From Felis catus (taxonomy: Eukaryota): a stretch of DNA of 64,000 nucleotides. The notes under the pieces are model-generated. The model saw only the letters and a program-made list of their open reading frames with translations, had not been told where the DNA came from and did not search any database. Made by a program: the position numbers and the translations under genes. Location of the stretch: assembly GCF_018350175.1 (NCBI RefSeq), contig NC_058368.1, forward strand, positions 193,442,001 to 193,506,000. Direction: 5' to 3'. How positions within the stretch are numbered: position 1 is the stretch's first letter; each line of letters opens with the position of its first letter. Shown piece after piece: positions 12,584-23,965 of the stretch.

Positions 12584-13264
12584 CGTGACCTTCCTAAAAT
12601 ATTCATTAACTCCTCATTTCTGTGCTTTGATGTGGGCAAAAGAATTTACTTTGTTCATCCTGCAGCTCCACTATTATACACAAGAAAATAATTGCGGCTT
12701 CAAAAGCCTAGCCTTCAAGACACTGTCCTTAGCACAGATTTCTTTTGCTATAAAAGTGCTTTGTAAATTAAAAAAAAAAAAAAAAATGCTTTGTGAATTC
12801 AAATGCATTGAACCACGTAGAAGCTAGTGGATCAAGAAAACTCTGATAACTGCATGATCCATGTTCTAGAGGCTGCTTGTAAGAAATACAAGACTTATTG
12901 AGATGTTACAGCCAATTAGCATCTAAATAGGTTTCTTATTTCTCTCCCAGATATAATCAGAATTGAACACTCTTTATTAGAGGGATAACTCTGAAAGAGA
13001 AAGTAGATAGGTGTTTGAAGTAATGAATCTCAAAGACAGCATACTGCTCCCAATTTTGGCAAACCTGGCTTAGAGCAGAAATGGCAAATACATTTCTTTA
13101 CATGAATCAATGTGGTTTGTCTGATCGGTCGTGTTAATAGTAGAGTGAGAATGCTGAGTCCAGAAAAAGATCATTTGGGTTCAAATCCCAATTTTACCTC
13201 CTTTTAAAAATCAGTTAGGCTGCTCTGAACCTATTAACCAAATATTAGTCCTAGGTTTATAAAG

Positions 13265-13450
13265 CCTGAACTCTAGTCTCAGCTCTGACACAAATCCATC
13301 ATTTGTGATCTTGGGCAAGTTAGATCACTTTTCTGGGCCTCTGTTTCCCCAGTTGTAAAAAGGGGATAATGGCACCTTCCCTCTCTATCTCTTTAAGTTT
13401 ATCCAGTACAACGGAGCTAATATATACACAAAAAAGTTTGTTACTATCAA
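13265..13450 (+). mobile_element. MIR SINE
   Basis: TGTGATCTTGGGCAAGTTA...CTGGGCCTCTGTTTCCC...TGTAAAAAGGGGATAAT. Confidence 0.75.
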
Positions 13451-14024
13451 TGGCTACTCACAGGAATCTTCACCATCCAATCCTAGAAGTAGGAATTATC
13501 CCATATACAAAAAGCTGATAATACACTGAGCCCAGTGACCAGCACATGATATTGTCAAAAGCCTCAATGAGGAAGTACCAAGCAAACATGAAAATGTAAC
13601 AAAGTACCGAATGAGGGTCTATGTTATCAGCATTTTGTAGCGGGGCTGCCCCAGGCTCAGCTGGGACATGCCAGCTGGGGCTATGCCTGCCCCAGTTGCT
13701 CTGAAAGCAGCTGGCCTTGAGCACCACAGCAGGGAGGTGGGAAGGGATACCTGTAGTCCCACATCCAGAGCAGAGCTTGGTTCCCCAGAATATAGTGGCT
13801 CTTGAAATAAAGGTTCACAGTTTTCATTTGGCCTAAAATTCTGGACCGCATCCAATGCTTACTGCCTGGCTGATCCAAAGCTGCCTACCCACGGTTGGTT
13901 TTATCAATAATGCTGTTTACATAACTGCTGAACTGTAGCCTAGACCCTTAGGGGACATAAATTAGTAGGAATGATATGCTTGCAAATCTGTGCATTACCC
14001 CACACCTTCATTAGACTCAGAAGC

Positions 14025-14300
14025 AAAACATTTACTGTCCACCTACTGTGTGCTCAGTGTCTTGTCAGATGCTAGAAGTAAGAGAAGGATAAAGATGTGG
14101 CCTCTGTCCTCCATGAGCCTATAGGCTAGTTGTGAGGCATGTGTCTTTTACCTGAAATTATAATGCAATTGAACAAAACCAGTAGAGTCAACAAGTACCA
14201 CAGAACCTCAGAACAGGGGAGTCAAGAGTGACATGCATAGATGTGACATCCATGATAGATGTGGGGCTTCAGTAAAGCTGTGAAGGCAGTAAAAAGTGGT
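14025..14300 (-). mobile_element. L2 LINE 3' fragment
   Basis: AACATTTACTG...CACCTACTGTGTGC...CTGTCCTCCATGAGCCTATAGGCTAG. Confidence 0.6.
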
Positions 14301-14624
14301 GTTAAAGGCATTAAAATGTGAATGAAGAGGCGGGTGGACAATTTGGGACCCAGGTTTAATAGTCCAGGTGTAGAGTTGTGAGGACCAAGACAAAGGTGGT
14401 GGCTGTAGAAATGGGAAGAAAAGGCTATGTGTTGTAATTGTGGAAAACTCCATAGGACCTTGTGCACGAAAACTTACTGGAAGCCAAGGAGAGAAGGGAA
14501 TCAAGATAGTGTTATAATAAGAGCTTAATGATGATATAGGATCATTAATCTTCTGACTCAGTAAATCCTATCAAAAACTGTGTGAATCACTCAACTGCTT
14601 CTGATGATATTTTGATAAACTACA

Positions 14625-14803
14625 TCAGTGTTTCTCAAGCTTTAATGTGCATACAAATTACTGGGGTCGGCGGGGGGCGGGGGGGATGTTAAATATAGAT
14701 TTTAATTCAGTAGGTTTGAGGTAAGGCCTGGACTCTGCATTTCTCACAAGTTCCCAGGTGACATTGATGCTGTTGGTCTGTGAACCACACTTTCATTAGC
14801 AAA
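14625..14803. mobile_element. MER5A-like hAT-Charlie element
   Basis: CAGTGTTTCTCAAGCTTTAATGTGCAT...TCTGCATTTCTCACAAGTTCCCAGGTGA...ACCACACTTT. Confidence 0.8.
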
Positions 14804-14877
14804 AGGCCAGAGTTTGTCTTCTTTATTTTCATGACAAACATGAACAGCAATATTAGTATTTTAAAAAAAGGTGGATT

Positions 14878-15070
14878 CACTATAGAGAACAAACTGATGG
14901 TTATCAGAGGGGAGGTGGGTGAGGGGATGGGTGAGATAGGTGATGGGGATGAAGGAGTGCACTTGAGTTGATGAGCACTGGGTGATGTATGGAATTGTTG
15001 AATCACTATATTGTATACCTGAAACTAATATAACACTGTATGTTAACTCTGCTGGAATTATTTTAAAAAT
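14878..15070 (+). mobile_element. 5'-truncated carnivore L1 3' UTR with TSD
   Basis: AGAGAACAAACTGATGGTT...GATGAGCACTGGGTGATGTATGGAATTGTTGAATCACTATATTGTATACCTGAAAC; AAGGTGGATT duplicated at 14868 and 15071. Confidence 0.9.
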
Positions 15071-15291
15071 AAGGTGGATTGAGGGAAAGGTCAGTTATAT
15101 TAATGGGTACCTGCAATCGTCAATCAGTTAACAGGTGTGGACTGCTTTGCCTCCCTTATTTAATGGGAGGATTGGCAGGGTAGAAGTCAGGAGGCCAGAG
15201 TATTAGTCCTAGCCCTATCACTATCTATTTGTGGGTCCTTGAACAAGAAAACATGAGGCATGAACCTAAATTCACTATATTTGAGAGCACT

Positions 15292-17461
15292 TGCTAAAGA
15301 CTGAATATTTGTGTCCTCTCAAAATTCATATGTTGAAACCTATCCCCAGTGTGATGGTACTAGGAGGCAGAGCCTTTGGGCGTGATTAGGTCATGTAAAT
15401 GGAGCCCTCATGTATGAGATTTATGCCCTGACCAACCCCAGTGAGCTCCCTTGCCCCTTCTGCCATATTTGGACATGGTACTAATATGGCCATCTTTGAA
15501 TCAGGAAGTGGGCTCTCACCAGACACCAATTCTGCCAGGTGCCTCAATCTTGAGCTTCCCAGCCTCCAGAACTGTGAGAAATAAATGTTTGTGTTTAAGC
15601 TACTCAGTCTATGGTATTTTTGTCATAGTAGCCAGAATGGACTAAGGAATGGGTACCGAGAAGTAGGGATGCTATTATAACAAATACCCAAAAACATGGA
15701 GGTGGCTTTGGAGCTGGTTGATGGGTAGAGGCTAGAAGAATTCTGAAAAGCATGTTAGAAAAAAACAAAACCAAAACCAAAAACCTACATTGCTGTGAAT
15801 GGACCTTTAAAGGTGATTCTGAGGCCTGGCTACACCCTCGGGGTGAAACAAGGATTACAGACAAAGCTAAGTTCTTCTTAGAGAACACCTAAGCAATCAT
15901 GAACAGAATGGTAGTAGAAACCTGGATTGTAAAGCCCATGCTGATGAGGACTCAGACAGAAATCAGGAATAAGTTGTTGGAAACTGAATGAAAGGTGATC
16001 TTGGTGATAAAGTAGCAAAGAATTTGGCCACACTGTGTTCATGTTCCAGTGTTTTGTGAAAGGAGGAACTTGTAAATGATGAAAATGGATAATTAGCTGA
16101 AACAGTTTCTAAGCAAAATATTGAAGGTTCAGCTTGGGTCCTCCTGACTGTTTACAGTAAAATGTGAGAGGAGAAAAATGACTCATGAGAGGGATTGCTA
16201 AGCAAAAAAGGAACTAGAATTTAGATATTTGAAAAATTCTCAGCTTGTCCATGTTGCAAAAAATGAGAACACCGAAGGGTGTGGCCAAGCCTCAGTTTGA
16301 TAAGATTAGTATGGATCAGCCACCAACAAAAGGAACTCTTCTCCAAGACAATGGAAGAATGATTCCCAGGGCTTTCAGAAATCACCAAGGCTGCCATTCC
16401 CATCAGAGGCCCAGAGCCTAAGGGCCTAGCTGAGGGTGCAGAGTAGCTTCAAAGGGTGGGGCCTGTGTCCAGTTCAGTGGACCAGGATGTCCTTGATCAG
16501 TGCCTCAAGGTTGGGGTGCCTGCACAGAGCTATGGCATGGGCTTTGCCCAGCAGAGCCATGGTAACATGGTTGTCTGCATCTAAATTTCAAAGGACAGGG
16601 TTTCTGCGGAGCCTGGGGCCCAGGACCCCAATCTGGGAGAACTATGGATAGAAGATCTCAGCTCACAAGGGCTGTGGGCACAGGACCTGGTAGGGAGCCG
16701 CTACAGAGCCATCCTGTGGAGCTGGAGGTGACAATGCCACCCCAGTAGGCCTGCAAGGCAAGCACTGAGACAAAGAGGATTATTCTGGAGCTTAAGGTTT
16801 GATGTTGTTTGCCCCATTAGGTTTTGGACTTACCTGGGACTTGTCACTCCTTTCCTTTTTCCTATTTCTCTCTTTTGTAATGGGAATGTCTATTGTATTC
16901 CTGCCCCACCATTATATTTTGGGATCTCTTAACTTGTTTGGTTTTGTAAGTTCACAAGTGGAGGGCAATATGCCTCAGGATGAAACGTACCATGAATCTC
17001 AGCCATATCTGACTTACATATTTAAATGAAACTTTGAGAATTTTGAATTGATGCTGAAACAAGTTAAGAATTTGGGGGCTATCAAGGTGCAATGAATTTT
17101 GGGGGGCCAGGGGTAGAATGTTATAGACTGAATATGTCCCCAAATTTCATAGGTTGAAACCTAACCTCTACTGTGATGGTATTTGGAGGTGGGTGTCTCA
17201 GAGGTGATTAAGTTATGAGGGCACAGCTCTCCAGTGAGAGATTGATGCCCTATAAAAGATAGTCCCTCCCTGGCTCTCTTCCATCCTCTGGGTGCACAGA
17301 GAACACATCCATCTGCGAATTAGAAAGGAGTCTTGCACCAGACATTGAATCTGCCATTTCTTTGATTTTGGACTTCCAAGCTTCCAGAACTGTAAGAAAT
17401 AACATGTTTGTTATTTAAGCCTATGGTATTTTTGTTACAGCAGCCTGAATAGAAAAAGACA
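15292..17461 (+). mobile_element. MaLR provirus, MLT1A0-like: 5' LTR ~15292-15647, internal region, 3' LTR 17119-17461
   Basis: Two homologous direct LTRs (…AAATTCATATGTTGAAACCTA / AAATTTCATAGGTTGAAACCTA; CCAGAACTGT(G/A)AGAAATAA). Internal region starts GGTACCGAGAAG. Purine-rich GGGGGGCCAGGGGTAGAA precedes the 3' LTR. Flanks GCACT/GTACC. Confidence 0.88.
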
Positions 17462-17464
17462 GTA

Positions 17465-18260
17465 CCCATTCATCCCTAACTCACTGGCTTCCAATGATAC
17501 TTGGAATAAATCCCAAATTCCTTATTACTGTCTACCAGCTTTTTCATAACCTGGTCTCTGCCCACTTCTCAGATTGCATCCCCCACCAATCCTTTCCTCA
17601 TTCACTACACTGTAACTCCAAGGCCTTGTTTTTATTTCTCAAACACACAAGAATATCTTTATCTTGAGACTTTTGCGCTTGACTTACCATCTGTCCTAAA
17701 TGCCTACATCCAACACTGTCCCCTAAAATCAAATCCTTCCCCAGGTCTCCATTCAGAGATGCCTTCCTCAACCATCAACCTCAGTGGTTCTCAATGAGGG
17801 TAATTCCCCACCCCCCCCTCCCCGCCAGGGAATTTGTGGTAATATTTTTTATGTTTTTGATTATCACAGCTGGGCCAGGTGGTGCTGTTGGCATCTAGTG
17901 GTAGAAGCCAGGGATACTGCTAAGTATCTTATAATGCACAGTGTAATGTACAGTATTATCTGGCCTCAAATGCCAACAGTGTTGATCTACCTAAAGATGC
18001 TCCCCACCTTTCACTCTTACCCTATTAAAAACTTACTACCACATTACCCCCACTTTATTTTCTTAAAAATATTCACCACTGTCTAAAATTATTTGATATA
18101 TTTCATTGTTTATCTTATCCTCTTCTTCTCCTGACTGGAACACTGGTTTCATGAGGGCAGGGATATTGTCCTATTTTGTTCACTAATGTATACCCAGTGC
18201 CTAGAACAATTCCTGACACATTGTGGGCACCTAATGAATGAGTGAATAAATGAATGAATG
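17465..18260 (+). mobile_element. L2 LINE 3' end interrupted by MER20
   Basis: CACTGGCTTCC...; CATGAGGGCAGGGAT...TTGTTCACT...CCCAGTGCCTAGAACA; (ATGA)n tail. Confidence 0.8.
17782..17984 (+). mobile_element. MER20 with 8-bp TSD
   Basis: CAGTGGTTCTCAA start, GGCATCTAGTGGTAGAAGCCAGGGATACTGCTAA; flanks ATCAACCT / ATCTACCT. Confidence 0.82.
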
Positions 18261-18592
18261 AAAACAGAAGCAAATATTGAACATAAAATGAAACAAGTAC
18301 ACAAAGCAACCAAAGAACATCAAAGTTAAAAACTGTGCTGCAAATGATACCATGAAGAAAATGAAAAGACAAAGCCACAGAGTGAAAGAAAATATTTGCA
18401 GACATATGTCTGACAAGGGACCTGTATCTAGAATCTGTAAAGAACTCAGATAATTTAATAATAAAAAGACAGATGATCCAATTAAAAAATAGATGAGAAA
18501 TTTGCATAGATAATTCTCAAAAAATATGCAGATAGCTAATAAGCACAAGAGATGATGTTCAACACCACTTGTCATAGAAAAATGCGAGTCAA

Positions 18593-18751
18593 GGGGCGTG
18601 TGATGGCTCAGTCAGTTAAGTGCCTGACTTCGGCTCAGGTCATGAGCTCACATTTCATGGGTTTGAGCCCCATGTCAGACTCTGTGATGACAGCTTGGAG
18701 CCTGGAGCCTGCTTCAGATTCTGTGTCTCCATCTCTCTCTGCCTCTCTTCT

Positions 18752-18792
<41 letters not shown>

Positions 18793-18817
18793 AACAAACA
18801 TTAAAAAAATTAAAAAA
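18593..18817 (+). mobile_element. CAN-SINE (SINEC_Fc-like)
   Basis: GGGGCG..TGGCTCAGTCAGTTAAG head, GGAGCCTGCTTCAGATTCTGTGTCTCC, (CT)n, A tail. Confidence 0.95.
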
Positions 18818-19004
18818 GAAAATGCCAATCAAAACCACAATGCGATGTCACTTCTCATCTACTAGAACGGCTATCATCAAGAAGAAAAATAACAGCAAGT
18901 GTTAGTGAGGGTGTGGAGAAGCTGAAGCCCTCATTTATCACTGGTAGGAATGAAAAAATAGCACAACCACACTGGAAATAGTTTGTTCCTCAAAAAGTTA
19001 AACA

Positions 19005-19205
19005 GGGGTGCCTGGGTGGCTTGGTTGGTTAAGTGTCTGACTCTTGATTTCAGCTCAGGTCGTGATCTCACAGTCTTGAGATCAAGCCCTGCACTGGGCT
19101 CTGCACTGAGCATGCAGCCTGCTTGAAATCCTCTCTTTCCCTGCCTCTTCTCTGCTCATGCCCTCTCTCTTTCTCTCTCTCAAAATAAATAAACAATCAA
19201 AGAAA
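19005..19205 (+). mobile_element. CAN-SINE (older GACTCTTGATTTCAGCTC type)
   Basis: GGGGTGCCTGGGTGGCT head, CT tract, AAAATAAATAAA tail; AAAGTTAA on both flanks. Confidence 0.93.
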
Positions 19206-20186
19206 TTTGTTCAAGAAAGTTAAGAGTTACCATGTAACACAGCAATTCTACTACTTGGTACATACCCAACAAAAATGAAAACATGTGACCACATGGTGAC
19301 TTACACAAGAATGTTCATAGCAACATTACTCATAACAGCCAAAAAATGGAAACAACCCAAATCGACTGAGGAATGGATAAACAAGATGTGGTATATCCAT
19401 ATAATGGAATATTATTTGGTCATAAAAAGGAATGAAGTACTGATGCATGCTACATTATGGATAAATCTTGAAAATATTATGCTAAATTAGAGAAGTCAGT
19501 CACAGCAAAGTACATATTGTATGATTCCATTTATATGAAATGTCCATAATAGGCAAATCTATAGAGACAGAATGTAGACTAGTGTTTGCTTAGGATTGAG
19601 AACATGGGAGGGCAACACGGAGTGAAACTAACCGGATACAAGGCTTATTTTTTTGTTTGGAGGAATATGTTCTAAAATTAGATTGTGGTGATGGATACAT
19701 AAATCTGTGAATATAATACAAAACATTGACTTCAACACTTACATGGGTGAATTGTATGGTATGTGACTGATGGTCCTAACAAAGCTTTTAAAAGAAAAAA
19801 GGACAGAGATAGAAACTGAAAGGACTGAGAGAAATTTTATTTCTATTTGAAAGGAACACTTTTGCTGTTTTATTCTTTTGGGAGAGGAGACAGTTACTTA
19901 GAAATCCAGATAAGTTGAAGTCGTTTTCCTTGTTTAGTGTAGATTTTTGTTTCGTGGTGGCTTTGGAAGAATAATGATATGCAAGATCAAAGGCAAGTCC
20001 ATTGGCCAAGCAACATATGTTAAATTAGACCAGGTGATACGAATATCCAAACTGGCCAGCCAAAAGATTTCCTTATAGAACTACAAGTATTAGATAGGGC
20101 TGCTGGGAAAGTACTTCCTGAAACTAAAATAGGTGAATGTCTGAGAATGAAGGATGGCTCTACATCTTTAAAAATAAATCCTGTCA

Positions 20187-20418
20187 GGGACGCCTGGGTG
20201 GCTCAGTCAGTTAGGCGTCTGACTTGAGCCCAGGTCATGATCTTGCAGTCCATGAGTTCGAGCCCCGCATTGGCCTCTGTGCTGACAGCTCAGAGCCTGG
20301 AGCCTGCTTTGGATTCTGTGTCTCCCTCTCTGTCTTTGATCTTCTCTCTCTCTCTCCCTCCCTCCCTCTTTCTCTCAAAAATAAATAAACATTAAAAAAA
20401 TAAAAAAATAAAAAAAAC
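20187..20418 (+). mobile_element. CAN-SINE (SINEC_Fc-like)
   Basis: Full head, body and tail; TSD TAAATCCTGTCA / TAAATCCTCTCA. Confidence 0.96.
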
Positions 20419-20770
20419 ACAGTAAATCCTCTCAGCAATAGTTTATCAATGGGGGACTTGGAAATTTCCATATCCTCAGAGTTCTCCTCCAGAAAAAAAA
20501 AGGAGCTGAAATTCTATCATTGAGTTTATCAGGTTGTATAAGAATTAAATGAGATCATGCCTGTGAAGGTACTTGGACAAAGGGACTGCTCAGTTTGGTA
20601 GCAGTGGTGAACCTGGAATGAGAGAGAGGCTGTTAGTCGGATAATTTATTATTAAACTACATCTTCCTGATCCACTCGTTTCTACATATTACACAGACAT
20701 GAAAATGAGGGAAGGTTATAATCTTTTATCTGTTGATTCTTTAAAGAAGTGCCAGGCAAACATGGCCAAC

Positions 20771-21173
20771 TGTGGTCTCCTCTGCCCCCATTTCTCTCTG
20801 TTTTTTCTCCATCCTGACAATCTACTTTCCAATGTTGATAAAACTTTCCAGGAGGCATCAGGATGGCATGGTGTCTGCTATAATTTTAGTCATGCTAAGC
20901 CTTGGCACGCGGTCACCATGTGAAGAGGTACAAGCCATCCGGGGAAGCCATGTGTCGGTATTCCAGCTGACAGCTTCAGCAAAGCCTTCATGAAAGTGAG
21001 TGAGCTTTCAGAAGATCTCAGCTTCCAGTTTTCAAGACTTCCAGCTGAGATCTCAGACATTGTTCTGTCTGAATCTCTGGCCCATGGAACCATTAGAGAT
21101 AATAAATAATTTTTGTTGTTGTAAGCCACTAAGTTTTGGGGTAATTTGTTACGCAGTGTTGGTAACTAATACA
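20771..21173 (+). mobile_element. MaLR LTR (MLT1F/G/H-like)
   Basis: CCAGCTGACAGC..., ends TTGTTGTAAGCCACTAAGTTTTGGGGTAATTTGTTACGCAG...TAACTAATACA; 5' boundary uncertain. Confidence 0.75.
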
Positions 21174-22708
21174 CACAATCTGCCTGATTCCAAACCCCAT
21201 GTGCTTAATCACTATGTGTGTTAACAAAAACCAAACCAAAACAAAAATATTTCCAGTCAGAACTAGACTCCCCATTAAGACTTCTCTACTGGGAAAGGCA
21301 GCATTGTCTGAGGACTCTAGGGTATAGTCCACATGACTGAATATTTATCCTGGCAAATGGACAGCACTGCAGTAACAGGGTAGTCTCTCAAAGATTCAGG
21401 TTTAGGCACCCTGAACCTAGCCATCTCTGAAGTATTGACAAAGCTGAAACTCTAGACCTGGCCAAGGTGAGGAGTCTAATCTGTGCAAAGGTCACAACGT
21501 GATCTTGGCATACTCTTAAACCAGTGGTCATGGATTATACAACATACACAGAACAGCCCCTCAATTTAACTGTTCAAAAACCAGCAGTGTAAGTTTCTAT
21601 GTGTAAAAGCAATGTACATTGCATGCACAAACATAAAATCTTATTAATTAGCATTTAGTGTTCTCAACAATGCTATTTATAGCATATCTGCTTTTTTTTT
21701 TCTTTTGTCCCAGAGAGCCAAGACACTAATGGAAAGAGACCAATTTGAGAAGAAAGAGTGTTTTTTTGTTTTGTTTTGTTTTTTGTAATCCAGGCTTTTT
21801 GTTCCCCATGAAGGGGAGAAAAAGGACAGAAATGAGTGAGGGGTGGTAACAATGGACCTCCTTAATGCCATGCTCCTCCTTTAAGATGGACTGACTGCAC
21901 ATCCCAGAGAAAAGAATTTTTTGATCTGCTCCACAACCAATATTCTACATAGTTGACGGAAAGCGTAGACTGGCAGTGGGAGGTGAAAGCAGCAGAGAAC
22001 AATGGCAAGTTACAGTTTGGGTTATTTCATTTTTTTCCCCAAACTATTCAAGGCCTCTCAGGCATAGACTAACTCGACTTCCTCTTTCTCTATTCCATCC
22101 TTCACCCTCTTTGCTGTAAGGAGAAGAAAGGTTTGTAAGGGGAAACAAAAAAACAACAGCTGCATCTGAATGCTTGGAGAACAAAACAATTGGTACCTTT
22201 CATATCTCTGAAGGGTAGGCTCCATTATCTCATGTCAGAATTGGAGCGTGCGGCTAGAAAATCAGCTCTCAGAGGGCACAAAGCCAATGCTCCCTTCATG
22301 ACTGACTTAAAAGGGAAAAGGCAAAGCTCTGCTTTTAAGAAGAAAAAAAAAAAGAGAAGAGCAAGCAAGATTCCAAGTTATTATATTTTATATACTTTGG
22401 AAAGCACTCTTTTAAGGAAGTAGAAATGGAGAGTTGTAAAAATAATGAAATTGGAAGCCTTGGGTTTGAATCCATGGCTTATGTGTTACCAACCATGAGA
22501 CCCTGAGATCTTTTCATCCTGTCTCCTTATCTCAGTTGTCTGAGTCCAGTGAAGATTCACTCATTCACTCACACAATCACTCATTCACTTATTTGTTGAG
22601 TGAGTAAGCAAGCTTCACATACAATCTTTGCCTTCAACAAACTCACAATTCAAGATATTTCCCTCACCTCATCACAGGGTTGTTCTGAGAATAAAAATGG
22701 ACTTTAAA

Positions 22709-22914
22709 TTTTTTTTAAGCTTATTTATTTTAGAGATAGAGAGAGAGTGAGGGAACCAGGAGGGGCAGAGAGAGAGGGGGACACAGAATCCAAAGCAGGC
22801 TCCAGGCTCCGAGCTGTCAGCACAGAGCCCAACACGGGCTCGAACTCACAGACCGTGAGATCATGACCTGAGCCGAAGTCAGACACTTGACCGACTGAGT
22901 CACCCAGGCACCCC
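22709..22914 (-). mobile_element. CAN-SINE inserted in a MIR
   Basis: Reverse head ...ACCCAGGCACCCC; TGGACTTTAAA at 22698 and 22920. Confidence 0.96.
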
Positions 22915-23609
22915 TCCAGTGGACTTTAAAGATGTGCATGAATTACAGATCAGCACAGCAAAGAAAAGGACTCTAGGAATAGTTGAAATGCACTTGCAAG
23001 ACCTGTTAAATCTTGGGCATTTTGCAAAACTGACACAGAAATCACAGATTCGCTTTCCCCATCTAAAGCCAAAAGAGGTCTTGCTAATTGGACATAGCAT
23101 TGTAATGAGTCGGACATGTCCTTCTCAAGTGTTCTTCCTGAGTCTCAGATCTTGCAACTTCCTCACATGCACCCCAGCCATAGTAGGTATCAATGGCTTG
23201 CCAAATCTTCATGGGGCATAGCTCTGCTCTGTCATTCCCCTGCTCATAAGCATTCAATGTTTCCTCTCTTCCTATAAAACCAAGCCCATTCTCAACTTGG
23301 CCCTCAAAACTCCCACCTCAAGGGAGTACATTTATGTATATATCAATTGACCTCTTTACCATTTGTAGTCATTACTGTGTTCTCCTGTCTCTGCTCTCAC
23401 TCAAGCAGTTTCTTCTACAGAAATACCCTTTGGCCCCAAATCCCCACCTACGTATTTCCTTTGGGGTCAAGCTCAAATTTTGATGAATCTTTCACCTATC
23501 CTCACTCTGCTCCTGACTGTCCTCATTGTCCCTCCTTAGACCCACAATAGTACTTTGCGTACAACTCTTTCTTGGCTGATAGTAACCACTATAATGACAA
23601 AAATAATAG

Positions 23610-23965
23610 CAGCTAGACTGTATTGAGACCTACAGTGTGCCAGGCATTATGGTAAATAAATGCTTTACATTAATTATCTTTTCAATTCTTGCAAATACTG
23701 TAAGCCAAAGTAACATTTTATCCCTTTGCACAGAGGAGACAGTCCTAACAATGAACTTGATTTCCCACAGAGTAACTGGCAATTATATGGATGGGCTTTG
23801 GCATCACAGGCACCTGAGTTAGAGTTCAGGCTCTACAAGTTACCAGCTTCTTGACCTTTGCCATCTGTCTCAATGTAATCCTCAGTTTCCTTATTGGTTA
23901 AAAAAAAAAAAAAAAAAAAAAAAAGGATAGTCTCAAGTTATTTTAATGATTATATAAGATGATTC
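23610..23965. mobile_element. Two MIR fragments (minus ~23610-23780, plus ~23790-23965)
   Basis: TATTGAGACCTACAGTGTGCCAGGCATT; TGACCTTTGCC...CCTCAGTTTCCTTATT. Confidence 0.65.

Larger units (their letters stand above)
18317..19795 (+). mobile_element. Old L1 (L1MB-like) ORF2 3' end and 3' UTR, interrupted by two SINEs
   Basis: ORF track peptide RMFIATLLITAKKWKQPK..EEWINKMWYIH (L1 ORF2 C-terminus); 3' UTR ATGTTCTAAAATTAGATTGTGGTGATGG...GGGTGAATTGTATGGTATGTGA. Confidence 0.88.

Noticed and set aside
20187..20270. tRNA-like A/B boxes in SINE heads
   Set aside because: tRNA-derived SINE promoters followed by SINE body and tail; not tRNA genes.
23900..23923. Long A-runs here and at 11808-11824 as retroposon tails
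   Set aside because: No flanking duplication; they sit at A-tracts native to MIR and MER58B and are best explained by slippage.
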